Shown here: positions 1-13,549 of the stretch, in pieces | How positions within the stretch are numbered: position 1 is the stretch's first letter | Layout of the letters: every line of letters begins with the position of its first letter | Assembly: GCA_964016885.1 (NCBI GenBank) | Contig: OZ024741.1 | Span: 116,746,001-116,810,000 of the forward strand | Length of the DNA stretch: 64,000 nt | Reading direction: 5' to 3' | From: Eledone cirrhosa | Taxonomy: Eukaryota | Notes under the pieces: model-generated | Databases searched by the model: none | Told to the model about the DNA's origin: nothing | Seen by the model: only the letters and a program-made list of their open reading frames with translations | Made by a program: the position numbers and the translations under genes

Positions 1-102
1 ATTTACTAACCTTTAGCGGTCGTACTATGGTAACCGTTTCAATCGTAGCTGTAGGAGCCATCCTTTAGAATGTAGAATATACCTGGCTAGATATCCTAAA
101 CG

Positions 103-104
<2 letters not shown>

Positions 105-156
<52 letters not shown>

Positions 157-440
157 TACGTGTTTATATACATATATATATATGTATATATATGTATTAA
201 AAAATATTTATATAAATATATATTTAATATATATCTATATAAATATGTGTATATGTATATATATGTATATATATATATCTATATATATATTATATAAATA
301 TATTAGTATATATATATATATATATATATTTTATATGTGTGTGTATGTTAATATACGCGCGTGTGTGTATATGTGTTCGTGTGTATTTATATATACACGT
401 TGTTTTTGTCTGTGTGTATGTGTATGTGTGTGTGTATGTG
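105..440. repeat. (TA)n / (TG)n microsatellite tract
   Basis: Direct dinucleotide runs; explains the YI/CV low-complexity ORFs. Confidence 0.95.
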
Positions 441-1200
441 TTTATTGTCCCAAATAGACGGGTTTACTTAAGTTCGTGTGTAAACTTTTCGCTTTTTTCC
501 TGCTTAAGAATCTCCTGTCTTTAGTTGCCATCTAGTTTGGCAAGCATCAACAGCACCACCACCAATAACAGGAGCTCTTCGCTATTGCCGCCGCCGCTCC
601 CCTCATCAGACAAAACACCCTGACACCATCACCACCATTGCTACACTATTTACTTTCCCTCTCTCTTCACTTTTATCTTTTCTCTCTCTCGCTGTAAAGT
701 AGTACGCATCTTTTTGGTCTCGTTTTACACTACCTTTTATTTTCGCTTTCATAATCATCTTCCCCCTCTCTCTCTGTCCCCCTCTCCCCCTCTCTCGCCC
801 TCTCTTTATATATATATACATAAAAGTACAGAAAGAATTCACAGACACACAAGTGTATACACACACATAGACACACACAAATATGTACACACACGCACAC
901 AAAAAATAACACGTAAAAAATACGCGGACACACGCAAGCACACTTCCATCAATGATACACAAATCACACTCACGTAACAACCCTCACGACTTCCCTGGAT
1001 GTTCCACCTAGGCCACCATCCTGGCACGCCGGACTACTCACCTATCCTTCCGAGCCTCCATGAAATATATACATAGTTTAGTGATATATGTATATATAGT
1101 TCAGTGATTGTAATGTCCAGTTACTGTAGGTTCACCAAAGTGAGCACGCGATGTGTAGTTTCCAGTAGGTATATTGGTGTTGTACTAAGCAGAGTGTAAG

Positions 1201-1690
1201 AATAATAATTGTTTCTACTTTAGCACAAGGCCAGCAATTATCTCAGTACATTACTGGTACTTTAATTTATCGACCCCGTAAGGATGAAAGGCAAAGTTAA
1301 CCTCGGCGGGATTTGAACTCAGATCGTAAAGGGACGTAACTATGCTGGAAAGCATGTCCGACCCTCTACCGATACTGCCAATTCACCACCCGAGTGTAAT
1401 AATAATAATTGTTTCTACTTTTGGCACAAGGCCAGCAATTAAAGGGCCGTAACTCTTTGCTGCAAAGCATGGCGTCCGACCCTCTCCCGATACTGCCAAT
1501 CCAATAATAATTGTTTCTACATTTTGGCACAAGGCAAGCAATTATCCTAGTGTATTACTGGTACTTTATTTTATCGACACCGTAAGGATGAAAAGCAAAG
1601 TTAACCTCGGTGGGATTTGAACTCAGATCGTAAAGGGACGTAACTGTTGCTGCAAAGAATGGCGTCCGACCCTCTACCGATACTGCCAAC
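1201..1690 (-). mobile_element. Three stacked tRNA-derived SINE-like copies with (ATT)n tails
   Basis: Repeated unit aataattgtttctacttt(t/a)gcacaaggccagcaatt...cctcggcgggatttgaactc (reverse B-box GAGTTCAAATCC); same unit in forward orientation at 39807-39924. Confidence 0.75.
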
Positions 1691-1716
1691 CACTGCAATA
1701 ATGGTTTCTTTATTGG

Positions 1717-1904
1717 CTTCATTACGTTTATTGAAATGTGGCGCGCGTTTCGCGATTGATCAACTCAAGGCTCGATCTGTATCGATTTGGCCCGACTATG
1801 GAATAAAAAGCTTTTGATTCCAGAATCAGGCCAGATCGATACAGATCGTGCCTTGAGCTGATCAATCGCGAAACACGCGTCACACCTCAATAAACGTAAT
1901 GAAG
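1717..1904. mobile_element. Old fold-back element; arms contain the 3' half of an HHR (GAAACacgcGTC)
   Basis: Imperfect ~94-bp inverted arms centred near 1810. A non-folded relative at 58622-58735 (-) shows gaggt-CCGACGA-long stem II-GAAAtgcgcGTC. Confidence 0.6.
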
Positions 1905-2223
1905 ATCTAACACCCTGTCCTTTATATATATATATATATATATCAATGGAAGCCCGCAAGGACTTTCCATTTATTTTTGAGACTCGAACCCGATTCGGTA
2001 AAGGTAACCATAGTAAGTACAGTGAATTTTTTGAAATTTATTTTGAAACTTTTTCTTATTTGCTAAACCGTGATTATATATATATATATATATATATATC
2101 AAGATAAATTAACGGAGCCATAAACTCGCGTTAATCCCTGTAAATTATGTGCTCAAAGGAAAAGGAATCCTGGGCTCTTCAAAATACAATATGTAGAAAG
2201 GATAACACACTAGAGAGAGTGTG

Positions 2224-2281
<58 letters not shown>

Positions 2282-2320
2282 CGTTTCTGAATTATTGGCA
2301 ACATGACCCTCCCAAAGTAT

Positions 2321-2357
<37 letters not shown>

Positions 2358-2363
<6 letters not shown>

Positions 2364-2628
2364 TCCGTAGGAAAGGTAAAGGAAAGGAGAGTGCTCTATG
2401 TAAGCTACAGAGCTATTTAGTTATGTAATAAACAACATAAGACAATTATTCCATTTACCAAAGGTTTCATGAAGACAGATGAGCTCGACACAGACGTCTG
2501 AAATCGTTCATCAGAATGAAAATATTTCGTTCTGATGAGCGATTTCAGACGTCTGTGTCGAGCTCGTCTGTCTTCGTGAAACCTTTGGTAAATGGAATAA
2601 TTGTCTTATGTTGTTTATTACATAACTA
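2358..2628. mobile_element. PLE-type 3' tail with fold-back (IR 2418-2628) in (TA)n
   Basis: Near-perfect ~105-bp inverted arms; diverged non-folded relative at ~5335-5500. Confidence 0.7.
2523..2599 (+). ncRNA. Type I hammerhead ribozyme
   Basis: Stem I tatttcgtt/aatggaata, CTGATGA 2532-2538, stem II gcga..cagacg/cgtctg..tcgt, GAAAC-c-ttt-g-GTA. Confidence 0.75.
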
Positions 2629-3119
2629 CACACATATATATATATATATATAAATTATAAGTTTGAAGATCAGTCCGATAAAGTTTACCTAATCTTTCTT
2701 CTTTGTCCGTAGAAATTAACTAAATAAATAATCATTTAAACGGAGCTAAGTTTAAAATGTAAGTTTGAAGAAATAATAGATAAATGTTACCAATATTATT
2801 CTAGTTCCGACTGTTGACAGTGGAAATGTCTAATCGTTGCATTATCCATGAGGCTCCAAGCGTATCAAGAGATTCTTAATTTAAAGTATCTTAATATATA
2901 TAATATGTATGATGAATATGTTTCTCAGTGAAAAACCTCGATGGACGTTTGTCCAGAGCATCAATAATTCAAATTAAAAAATATATATATGTATATAGTC
3001 ATATATCGTTAGAGAAACATATAGCATTCTGTAAATATATTTTTAAAAAACGCATATAATTTTGGAAACACCATATGTTTTAAGGTGGAAAAATATATTT
3101 TTTAACCGGACGTATTGTC

Positions 3120-3625
3120 CAGTGGTCCGGCCATATTGCCCGCATAACTAACAAGCGTATCCCTAAGCAACTGTTTCATGGGAAACTTGTTCAGGGAAAA
3201 AGTAAACAGTGTAAGCCAAAGAAAGGGTTCAAGGATGCATTGAAGGAGAACTTGAAGAATGTAGAAATTGATTTAAAAAAACCTGGAAGCCGCGCAGCGG
3301 ATCATTCTACCTGGCGTTCAAAGATATGGGATGGTCTGAAAAATGTTGAACAAAACAGGCTAATGCAAGTAAATATTCAGAGGAAAATAAAAAAAAACAC
3401 AAAAAAAATAGGGAATATGAGATTAACGGAAGCATGTCTATTTGTATACTTTGTGGAAAATTCTTCCAGTCAGACGCTGGACTTCAATCTCATATAAGAG
3501 CACACTACAGGGCTCTTCCTACTGGCTACAGAACATACATACCGATTCACCTTTATCAATACCACATATGCCTCATGATCTGCAAATCTCAAGGAGGTCA
3601 ACAGAGACATTTCAAAGATATACAC
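3120..3625 (+). pseudogene. RTE (BovB-like) LINE 3' fragment with C-terminal C2H2-type fingers
   Basis: Reads WSGHIARITNKRIPKQLFHGKL...KGFKDALKENLK, then a frameshifted CILCGKFFQSDAGLQSHIRAH. Confidence 0.7.
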
Positions 3626-3784
3626 ACATATTACATATGCACATATACACATACATAATATGGACACTATGCTGTTGATATACGTCATGATATAGTACCT
3701 AAGAAAATTCTAACATGTATGTATGTATATATATATATCCCGGACGAGCCCCCACAAGGGCGGTGCCCCAGCATGGCCTCAGCC

Positions 3785-4700
3785 GGGTGATCCACAATAT
3801 TTGCATCATCAGCATACAGGAACTCCCTAACAATAGTGCCAAAAGTGTTGGACTTGGTGTTAAACCGTCTTAGATTAAAGGTTTTACCAGAGGTTCTAAT
3901 TCGCAAGTATACACCGATTTCGAAGTCTTGGAAAGCATATGTCAGTGGCACTTGCTGCTCGGCACACTTAGCCATAAGCTGACGGGCTGAGAAAATCTTG
4001 TCCATAGTACCCCACCCAACTCTGAATCTACACTGGGTCTCAGGGGTGGTACCAGGGCAGATCCATTTTATTAGACGATTCAGCAAGACCCTGGATAAGA
4101 CTTTTCCCACCGATTCGAACAGACTTATGCAACAATAATCACCGCATTCCAACTTAGAGCCCTTACTCTTGTAGATCGAGAGCAAAATTTCATCTACTCA
4201 GTCTTGCGGGACAGGCTCACCTCGTCATATAGATATGACTAGCTCATGAATGCCATAGCAACATTGTCTCCTCCAAAACGAATCAGCTCAACAGGGATTC
4301 CATCCAAACTTGGGACTTTCCCTATGTTTATCTCTTTGATAGTAGACCTTATCTCACCAGTAGTTGGATCATTCATCATCTCTGTTACAGTCTACCTTTA
4401 CGGCAGTCCATTAATAATTTCCCCATTAACTACAGATGGGTTGTCAAACAGATCTTTAAAGTGTTCAGTCCAGCGACTCATGATACCTGCTGGATCTTTG
4501 ATAAAGACGTTCCGATCTTTTGACTTTAATGGTGCCATTTTTTAAGGGCTGTGGACCAAAAGCTTGCTTTATTGTGCTGTATAGTGCTTTCAAGTCTCAG
4601 CAGTTATAATGCCTTCTGCATCTTTGCAGTTATAAGCCTTCTGTATCTCTGCTGAAACTTCAGACCACCAGTTGTTCTTTATCTATCGTGATTTACTTCT
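3785..4700 (-). pseudogene. RTE LINE reverse transcriptase fragment
   Basis: ORF 3685-4185: IYKSKGSKLECGDY..ISL..VGKVLSRVLLNRL..PETQCRFR..LYADD; degenerate. Confidence 0.8.
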
Positions 4701-5285
4701 CAGGATTGGTGAGGTGGATAGGCAAATCGTCCGGCGTATGGAGATGAGTCTCAAGCTTGTTATGGGGTGAAGTAGGGAAACAAGTAGTCCGGTGTGTGGA
4801 GGTGAATAACGTGATTGTTGTGGAGGGTCCGAGGCTATCATAGGCATTGTTATGTGCGTGAAGATGTGAGTGTGCTTGCTGTTGTTTTTATTTTCGGTTT
4901 GATGTATCTATGTGTGTGTTTTTCTGCATTGCGCATAGAAGTGTGTGTGCGTGTGTGAGTATGTGTGTATATATACATATATACCTCAAAATTTCGCCAC
5001 CATTTCATTATAGAGCTATAAAACAACGTGTTCGATCTGATCGATCGACAAGATCCCAGGGTGGGGTGGACCACGTCTAATCGGACCAAGGAAACAATGT
5101 TTCCATTGGTCTTTCAAATTGCTAATGCTATCTGTAGGATTGGTGTCCATGTACGCCAGGAAAACCCCTGTGATATGCAATCCCCATAAGAGAGCAGCTA
5201 AACTTATGTAGGTGTGAGCCGTAACAAGAAACATATTACAAACATAAATGATATAAAGTAACCAAATATTGTTGTCAACATTCTT

Positions 5286-5334
<49 letters not shown>

Positions 5335-5770
5335 TGTTGAAGTTTCCGTTGAAAAAGTCAGAGGAATGAAGAGTGCCCTATGTAAGTTATAGAGCTAAAT
5401 ATTTAATGTATAATAAACAATACTATATAATTACACCTCATTACCAGAGGTTTACCGAATAAACGAATACAATAAACGTCCGAATTCGTTCGTCAGACAA
5501 GACAATTTAAAACATAGTGAAATATTTGAAAAATCTCCTCAAGTAGGGCTAAAAGTTTAACGGGCAACAAATAAATAAAAGTAATAATACAAGAAATGTA
5601 TGAAAAATAAAAATAAGGAAATATAGTAAGGGGGTGTGTGTAAATGTGTGTATATGCACATACATATGTATTTAACGAAGGGTTAATAATGAGATAAGAA
5701 ATAGTTATTGTTAAATGGATTAGCATGGTTATAGTTGATATGATGAAATAACTATAATAATAATAAGAAA

Positions 5771-6509
5771 TGTAATATAGGAATATAATAATTTGGTTAT
5801 ATATAGTTTACTTCACATGAATAAATTAAAAAGTACATATAAACCAGTTACCAAGAGTTGTTCACATTATTATTGTTTCTGATGTGAGGCTGTTGTAGTC
5901 TGTCGCTCTTGTTGGTGTGAAAACAGTGAGCGACAGATAATTGTTGTTGTTGGAATTTGGAGTCCGTGATAGTAGTTGTGAGACCGTAGTTAGTAAGAGA
6001 GAGAGATATGGTTTGTATATCTCTGAATGGTCTGTAATTAGTTGTAGACCACTGTGGCTTGTACATGGTCTGTAGAGTAGGGCTCAAATCTCTGTGTGTG
6101 TATCTGTAGTCCTTATGGGGTCTGTTGATAGTGGTGAATCCTTAGATAGTTTGTTGTATGTCGTGGTGCTCCGATGTCTCTGTTTCTGTAGACCTCAAAG
6201 GCCTGAAGGTAGCGGTGAATCTTTACATAGTTAGTTGTGTATCCTAGCGCTTTGATATCTCTGTCTTTTCTGTAGACCTCTGGGGTCTGAAGTTAGCGGT
6301 TAATCTTTACATAGTTAGTTATAGGTGTAATGCTCCGATGTTTCTCCTTGAGTGGGATAATAGCACAGGCTTTATATACCTGTCGCTTCCTGTCGCCCAG
6401 CTTGAGGGGATAGCCAACGCATCAACCTGTCTCCACCAAAAAGGTGTTGACCTAGAATTTAACCTTTAGGTATCACCCAAAGTTCAAGGCGCGGACAGAT
6501 TTCGCTACA
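5771..6509. mobile_element. LTR-like repeat, copy 1 (TGTA...TACA) with internal subrepeats
   Basis: Highly similar to 7193-7957; both end gcggacagatttcgctaca; TATA-like ggtatataaagcc on the - strand; left edge uncertain. Confidence 0.5.
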
Positions 6510-7192
6510 TTAGTTCCCTACCCAGATCGATGCTGGAGCAGCGATCGATTATAAAAGGTGTAGCGGAATCCGATTCCAAGAAGCGTGTCCCAAAACACAC
6601 AAAATGTGGGTACTGCGCCCGCATTTCGAGTGTAGAGAAATTTGGAGAGAGAGAAAAAATATATATAGTATAACTGAGTATGCATATGTGTGTGTAACAT
6701 TTAGAAGGAACTGTAAAAATACAAAGTTGTGATCATGTATTTCGAACTGTTATGTATGGATGGATGGGTTACGGTATCGGATTACATGACAACACAGAGG
6801 ACTACTTTTCTCGATGTAAAAACGAATAATAAATATATATATATATATAAATGACATTCATATATAACCTGTAAAAAAAAAATATTTATATAACTTTTTG
6901 TAAAGAACAATCTTTACAAAAAGTTCTGTTTTCTCTTCTTTATGTTAATGTTTTCTTGCTAGGAAGTTAGTAGTATTGTTTATTGTTGAGGTTGGCAAAT
7001 AAAGCCATGATCAGATCAAATAGGCTGCGTGTTATTTTAATTTTTTTTTTAAATACCACTTCGTTTTTTTTTTGTTTTTTTTTAAAATCACGTCGAGATT
7101 TACCAATTTAACGAAGGGTTAAAATAAATTAAGAAATAATTATTGTTAGAATGGATTAACAAAGTTGTAATAACAATAATAATAAGAATAAA

Positions 7193-7957
7193 TGTAATAA
7201 CGGAATAGGTGTAATAACGAGAATATAAAGAATAAATGATTTGGTTATATATAGTTTACTTCACGTGAATCAATTAAAAAGTACATATAAAACAGTTACC
7301 AAGAGTTGTTAATGTTGTTATTGCTGCTGATGTGAGGCTGTTGTAGTCTGTTGCTGTTGTGAAAACAGCAAGGGACAGATAATTGTTGTTGTTGGAATTT
7401 GGAGTCCGTGGTAGTAGTTGTGAGACCGTAGTTAGTAAGAGAGAGAGAGAGATATGGTTTGTATATCTCTGAATGGTCTGTAATTAGTTGTAGACCACTG
7501 TGGCTTGTACATGGTCTGTAGAGTAGGGCTCAAATCTCTGTGTGTGTATCTGTAGGCCTCATGGGGTCTGTTGATAGTGGTGAATCCTTAAATAGTTTGT
7601 TGTATGTCATGGTGCTCCGATGTCTCTGTGTTTCTGTAGACCTCAAAGGCCTGAAGGTAGCGGTGAATCTTTACATAGTTAATTGTGTATCCTAGCGCTT
7701 TGATATCTCTGTCTTTTCTGTAGACCTCTGGGGTCTGAAGTTAGCGGTTAATCTTTACATAGTTAGTTATAGGTGTAATGCTCCGATGTTTCTCCTTGAG
7801 TGGGATAACAGCACAGGCTTTATATACCTGTCGCTTCCTGTCGCCCACCTTGAGGGGATAGCCAACGCATCAACCTGTCTACACCAAAAAGATGTTGACC
7901 TAGAATTTAACCTTTAGGTATCACCCAAAGTTCAAGGCGCGGACAGATTTCGCTACA
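7193..7957. mobile_element. LTR-like repeat, copy 2
   Basis: Direct repeat of 5771-6509; no coding sequence or PBS seen between the copies. Confidence 0.5.
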
Positions 7958-8512
7958 TGTACATATGTACATGTGTGTGTATGTACAACTGCATGTGTAT
8001 AGTGAAAAAATATGTGCGTAAGTTCATACATGAGGGCAAACATATTAGTGTATGTGTGACCACAAATACATATATATATATATATATATATATGTTGAAA
8101 ATAGAAATTGTAAGATAATGGAGTTAGCGTACATACAGACTCGGGGACTAAGGGCTGAAATATATACACATACAAGGATGAAAGGAACCATGCGTATAAA
8201 CATACACACACGCGCAACCACATAAATGTATGTAATATATACAGGGAAGGGAGTGTATAAAGTCAACACAGTGTCGGACGGAAGGTCGATACAAATATAA
8301 AATATGATGAATAAATGAAATAATAAGATAAGAATAAAAAATTAAGGCAAAGAGAAAGTAAGTGGGAGGGGTTGTAATATAAAGTAACACTAGAAATAAA
8401 AAGTAAAAAAGATGCATATACGCGAACAAGCTCATACACACATCCATATATATAAATATATATATATACATACAGCCAAAAACACGTGCACAAAAGCATA
8501 CACATACACGTA

Positions 8513-8544
<32 letters not shown>

Positions 8545-8806
8545 CACGCATGCATACATAATACATATACACACATATATACATATACACACATATATAC
8601 ATACATGCACATCTATTTACACGCACGCGACCATATATATAAGTATATATATATATATGTGAAAACACATATACATAAACGCACACACACACACACATGC
8701 ACACATACACGCACACATACGAATGCGTTCGTATACATATACAATCACGTATACACATACATGCACACATACGCATACATAAATATATGAAAATATATAT
8801 ATATGT

Positions 8807-9046
8807 GAAGATATTCACATAATCAAAATATATGATTTATTATATATATTTCGAAGGTACTGTGTTGTTTTTTTACCTTCGAAATATATATAATAAAGCA
8901 TATATTTTGATTATGTGAATACCTTCATTTGTTAATATTTTGAATAATATTAAAAACTCCAGGAAAAGTTTTTCCGTTGAGTGCTTTTAATCTATTGTAA
9001 AACTGTATTCATTGAGTAATCAATGAACCATATTAATCTTTGGTTA
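8807..9046 (+). mobile_element. PLE 3' tail with fold-back (IR 8807-8926), same family as the 10257-16027 element
   Basis: 8880-8950 matches 15958-16027; 8989-9045 is the reverse complement of 10258-10313. Confidence 0.7.
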
Positions 9047-9229
9047 TATATATATATATATATATACGATATTAATAATATTTTACATATATATATATAT
9101 ATATAGATATAGATATAGATAGCAGAAAATGCATACCAGTCTCCCCGCTACATGTCACAGATGTTGTCAAAGTGAAAAGCAAAGGCCAATACAGCTTGGC
9201 ACCTGTGATGTAGGAACTCATATATATAT

Positions 9230-9279
<50 letters not shown>

Positions 9280-9447
9280 TAGTAGTAATATTAAATACAA
9301 AGATCAAAATCCAGGGAGGAGTCGATAAAGGTTATAAATATATAAGTATATAGATAGCTGTAGAGCAAATATTTATTATTAGCACAGATTAAAAGTTTAA
9401 GCAGACAATTTCTGCTCTTCCCCTAAAGATCCCGCTTTAGGCTGAAA

Positions 9448-9686
9448 GCAGAAATTGCATACCAGTATCCCCGCTACATGTCACAGAGGTTGTCAAAGTG
9501 AAAAGCAAAGGCCAATACAGCTTGGCACCTGTGATGTAGGAACTCATTTCTACAGCTGAGTGAACTGGAGTAATGTGAAATAAAGTGTCTTGCTCAAGGA
9601 CACAACACCCCTCTCGGTCCAGGAATCGAACTCATAACTTCATGATTCTGAATCCAATGTTCGAACTACTAAGCTATGTGTCTTCA
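9448..9686 (-). mobile_element. SINE-like repeat (second family); partial duplicate at 9122-9221
   Basis: tttctacagctgagtgaactggag...cttgctcaaggacacaac...ggaatcgaactc (reverse B-box-like). Confidence 0.6.
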
Positions 9687-9940
9687 AACACACATACCCC
9701 CCCCCACCACCACCACACACATAAACAAGCTTAGAAAAAAACAGTGTGTTTAAGGGCAGTGAACCAGCGTGTTTAAGGGCAGTGAACCAGTGGCCTCTGA
9801 AAGGGCAGCCCTTTCTAGCAGCTCGTCCCTCAGAGGCCACTGGTTCACTGCCCTTAAACACGCTGTGACTTCTCTCTCCCACGTGTAGCTGGACAGTCAC
9901 TTTTAAAATTCTGTTAATGTTGTCTGAAATGTATAGCCTT

Positions 9941-10022
9941 ACACACGCTGAGGAACCGAGGTTATTCCATTTCTGTCAACAACTTTCTGGCGAAACGGAT
10001 CTCTTTGGATTTGTACGTGTGT
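9941..10022 (+). ncRNA. Type I hammerhead ribozyme (stem II base degenerate), downstream of a 36-bp-arm hairpin at 9765-9865
   Basis: Stem I acacacg/cgtgtgt, CTGAGGA, GAAAC-ggatc/gattt-GTA. Confidence 0.65.
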
Positions 10023-10185
10023 TATATAGTTATAGAGGTATTTATTTACGCTTTAATTTATATTTTTCATTATCGTGTCTATAGTCTGCCTCTCATAGGT
10101 TATAGATTCCATACACTGGTGGTTTTTCCCTGTTTTATTGATAGCGCACTGTATATCTCTCTCTAGTGTGTTACCTTTTCAACAT

Positions 10186-10258
<73 letters not shown>

Positions 10259-11710
10259 CCAAAGATTAATATGGTTCGTTGATTAATCAACGAGTACAAT
10301 TTTATAATAGATTCTATATGGGATGGAAAGAGTAAAATATAATGATTTAAATTTAAAAGAACTGAGGAAAAATTATAAAAAGGCCTCAAGCGAGGATTTA
10401 TTGGACATTAATAATGCGGCATTCAAAACAAAATTATCACCAATCTTGGAATAGAGCGGAAAACAGAACCTTTCATACCAAAACAGCCGCGGATTAATTT
10501 TAAAGATCATAAAAGAAACTTTGAGGAGGATTTACCAGTTAGACTCATAGCACCTTCTAAATATGATCCTGGAATAATTAGTATAAATATAATAGATAGG
10601 ATTTTACCAACACTTAAATTGAAATCATAGCTAAATCTATGGAAAGGCACAAGTGAAGTTATATATTGGTTCAAAAATATTAAACATAAAAATAATTATA
10701 AGTTCATTCAAATGGATATAGCCAGTTATTATTCCTCGATAACTCCTAATCTATTAAATAAGGCGCTATCCTATACATATAAACACACAGACCTATCTAG
10801 TGAGGAGATAAATATTATATTAACAGCAGGGCGAACCTTAATTGATTTTAATAATGATCTTTGGACTAGGGCAGATAGACCGAAGAATTTTGACATTACG
10901 ATGGGTTCGTCAGATTCGGCTCAAGTTACAGCTCTTGTGGGCATTTTTATCCTTGACATGATAAATAGAAATTTGCCGGAGATTACCGGAGGTTTATATA
11001 GGGACGACATACTATTTATTGTAGAAAAACATAATAATAGTGAATTAAATAGAGTAAAGAAAGCAATTATAGAATTTAAAAAAAATTATGACCTGAAATT
11101 ATAAATAAAAAATAATAATAAAATAATCAATTTTTTTAGATATGACTCTAAATGTGAACTCAGGCTTTTATCATCCTTTCCATAAAGTCAATGAGAACTT
11201 AAATTATGTTAGTTTTTATTCTAATCATCCTAAAAGTGTTAAGAATGCAATAGTCAACAGTGTACAACAACGAATACCCAAGCTATCTGCTAATAGATCC
11301 ATATTTAATAGTAAGGCTATAAATTATAATGAAGCGTTACATAAAGCTGGATATAACAATAACATTGAATATATAGATAAAAATACAGAAATCCATCAAA
11401 ATAAAATTAATTATAATCATAATAATCATAATAAAAATGAATATAAAAACAATAACTGGATGAATAAATCGAAGAAAAAAAACAAGTAGATCTATAATTT
11501 AGCATGCTCTGCCATCATCTTTAGCTATTAAAATACCTGTATCACATTTATTTTTTAAAGCTTTGGATAAATGTTTCCCTAGATCTCATAAATATTACCC
11601 TATCTTCAATAGTCACACAGTTAAACTATCTTACTCAGCAACTATGAATATTGCTCAAAATATAGCAAAAATAAATAATAAAAATCTTAAATTGAACCAA
11701 CCTCTAATTA

Positions 11711-12296
11711 GCAAGCATTTTGACCTGCCCCATCAAAAGAATTGGTGGGAGCATCAACCACCTCCCATACTTGAAAAAGATCACATCTCAATCTTGTGGA
11801 ACTTTAGCATCCAAACAGACCGAAAAATAGATGCAAATAGACCTGATATAATACTGAAGGACTTTAAAAAGAGGGTATGCCTGCTTATTGATATGTCCGT
11901 TCCAATAGACAAGAATGTATCTATAAAAACATTTGAAAAATTGAGCAAGTATAAGGACCTGGAGATAGAAATTGGAAAAATGTGGAAATTGAGAACTAAA
12001 ACAATACCAGTGGTTGTAAGCGCTCTAGGAATGATACCTAAGGAGTCTAATGATTACTTATCGCAAATCCCAGGAAACCCGCGTATAGGAGAAATACAAA
12101 AGATAGTACTAATGGGAACTGCCCATATACTAAGGAAGATTCTGTCAATATAAGTACATCACAAGTCTAAACACCTAAAGATGCATGTGTGAGTATGTAT
12201 GTTCTTCTTGAACATGGCGGACCTTGTTGTCTCTTGAGGTCACTGGTTGTGACTTGGTGATAACTCGTATGAACATAAAGCAGGATAAATGCAGCA

Positions 12297-12354
<58 letters not shown>

Positions 12355-13455
12355 CGCTTTTTGGAACACTTCAAAAGGCATGCTTGCTGGGAACAGCAAG
12401 AACCCTCCGATACGTCCTGAATATCTGAGGCTGCAGGTAGTGGCTTGATATTCATTTCAACAAACTTTCCAGTTAACTAACATCAATGACTGAGACTCAA
12501 AAAACAATAATAATAATAATAATAATAATAAAGGAGCCAATGCTCAGAACTGTACTGAAGGAGGGGACAATAGGCCAGGGGATGTCCAAGGAGGAAATAA
12601 CATCAAGGAGAAAGAGCAGCCTTCAGGAAAAATCCCTTCATAGTACCTTCTTTGAGAAAACTGAATTTAGAGATCCACAGACATGAAACTGGTTGAGAAG
12701 AGGAGACCTTAAAAAGGCTACAGAAGCAATGTTAATGGTTGCGCAGGAGCAGGCCCTCAAAACGAAGTGGTTGAAACACCATATTTACAAGGAGGAGGCT
12801 AGCCCACTGTGCAGGATCTGTGGATAGAGAGAGGAGACTGTGGCTCACATTGTATCCGAGTGTAAACACCTAGCCCAGACCCACTATAAGGGCTGGAGAC
12901 ATGATGTGATGGACAGGGTGATCCACTGGCACCTGTGCAAAGTAAACAATTTACCACATTCTGAGAAATGGTATGAGCATAAGCCAGAGGCGGTGATGGA
13001 GAACGATCAGGTGAAGGTGCTGTGGGATTTTAGCATACAGACGGACAAGAAACTGGAACACAATAGACCTGACCTGGTGGTTGTGGACAAAGAAAAAAGA
13101 TCGTGTCTGATTGTGGATGTGGCCTGCCCATTCGACACGAGAGTGCAAGAGAAGGAGAGGGAGAAAATTAACCGATACCAGGACTTAAAGTGGGAGGTAA
13201 AAAGGATTTGGAACTGCCATGAAGTCAAAGTGATCCCGATTGTCATGGGCGCACTGGGGACTATCTCCAAAAGTTTCCAGGAATGGTTAAAGAAAATCGG
13301 CCCCTTCACGCTTTTTGGAACGCTTCAAAAGGCATGCTTGCTGGGAACAGCAAGAACCCTCCGATACGTCCTGAATATCTGAGGCTGCAGGTAGTGGCTT
13401 GATATTCATTCCAACGGACTTTCCAGTTAACTAACATCAATGACTGAGATTCAAG

Positions 13456-13549
<94 letters not shown>

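Noticed and set aside
182-1027. YI/CV/HT-rich ORFs here and at 7921-8818, 20841-21917, 29682-30249, 32694-34285, 63279-63569
   Set aside because: Translations of microsatellites.
3120-4700. Opposed RTE fragments as a twin-priming inversion
   Set aside because: The inverted piece lies downstream of the 3' end, the wrong order, and no TSD was seen.
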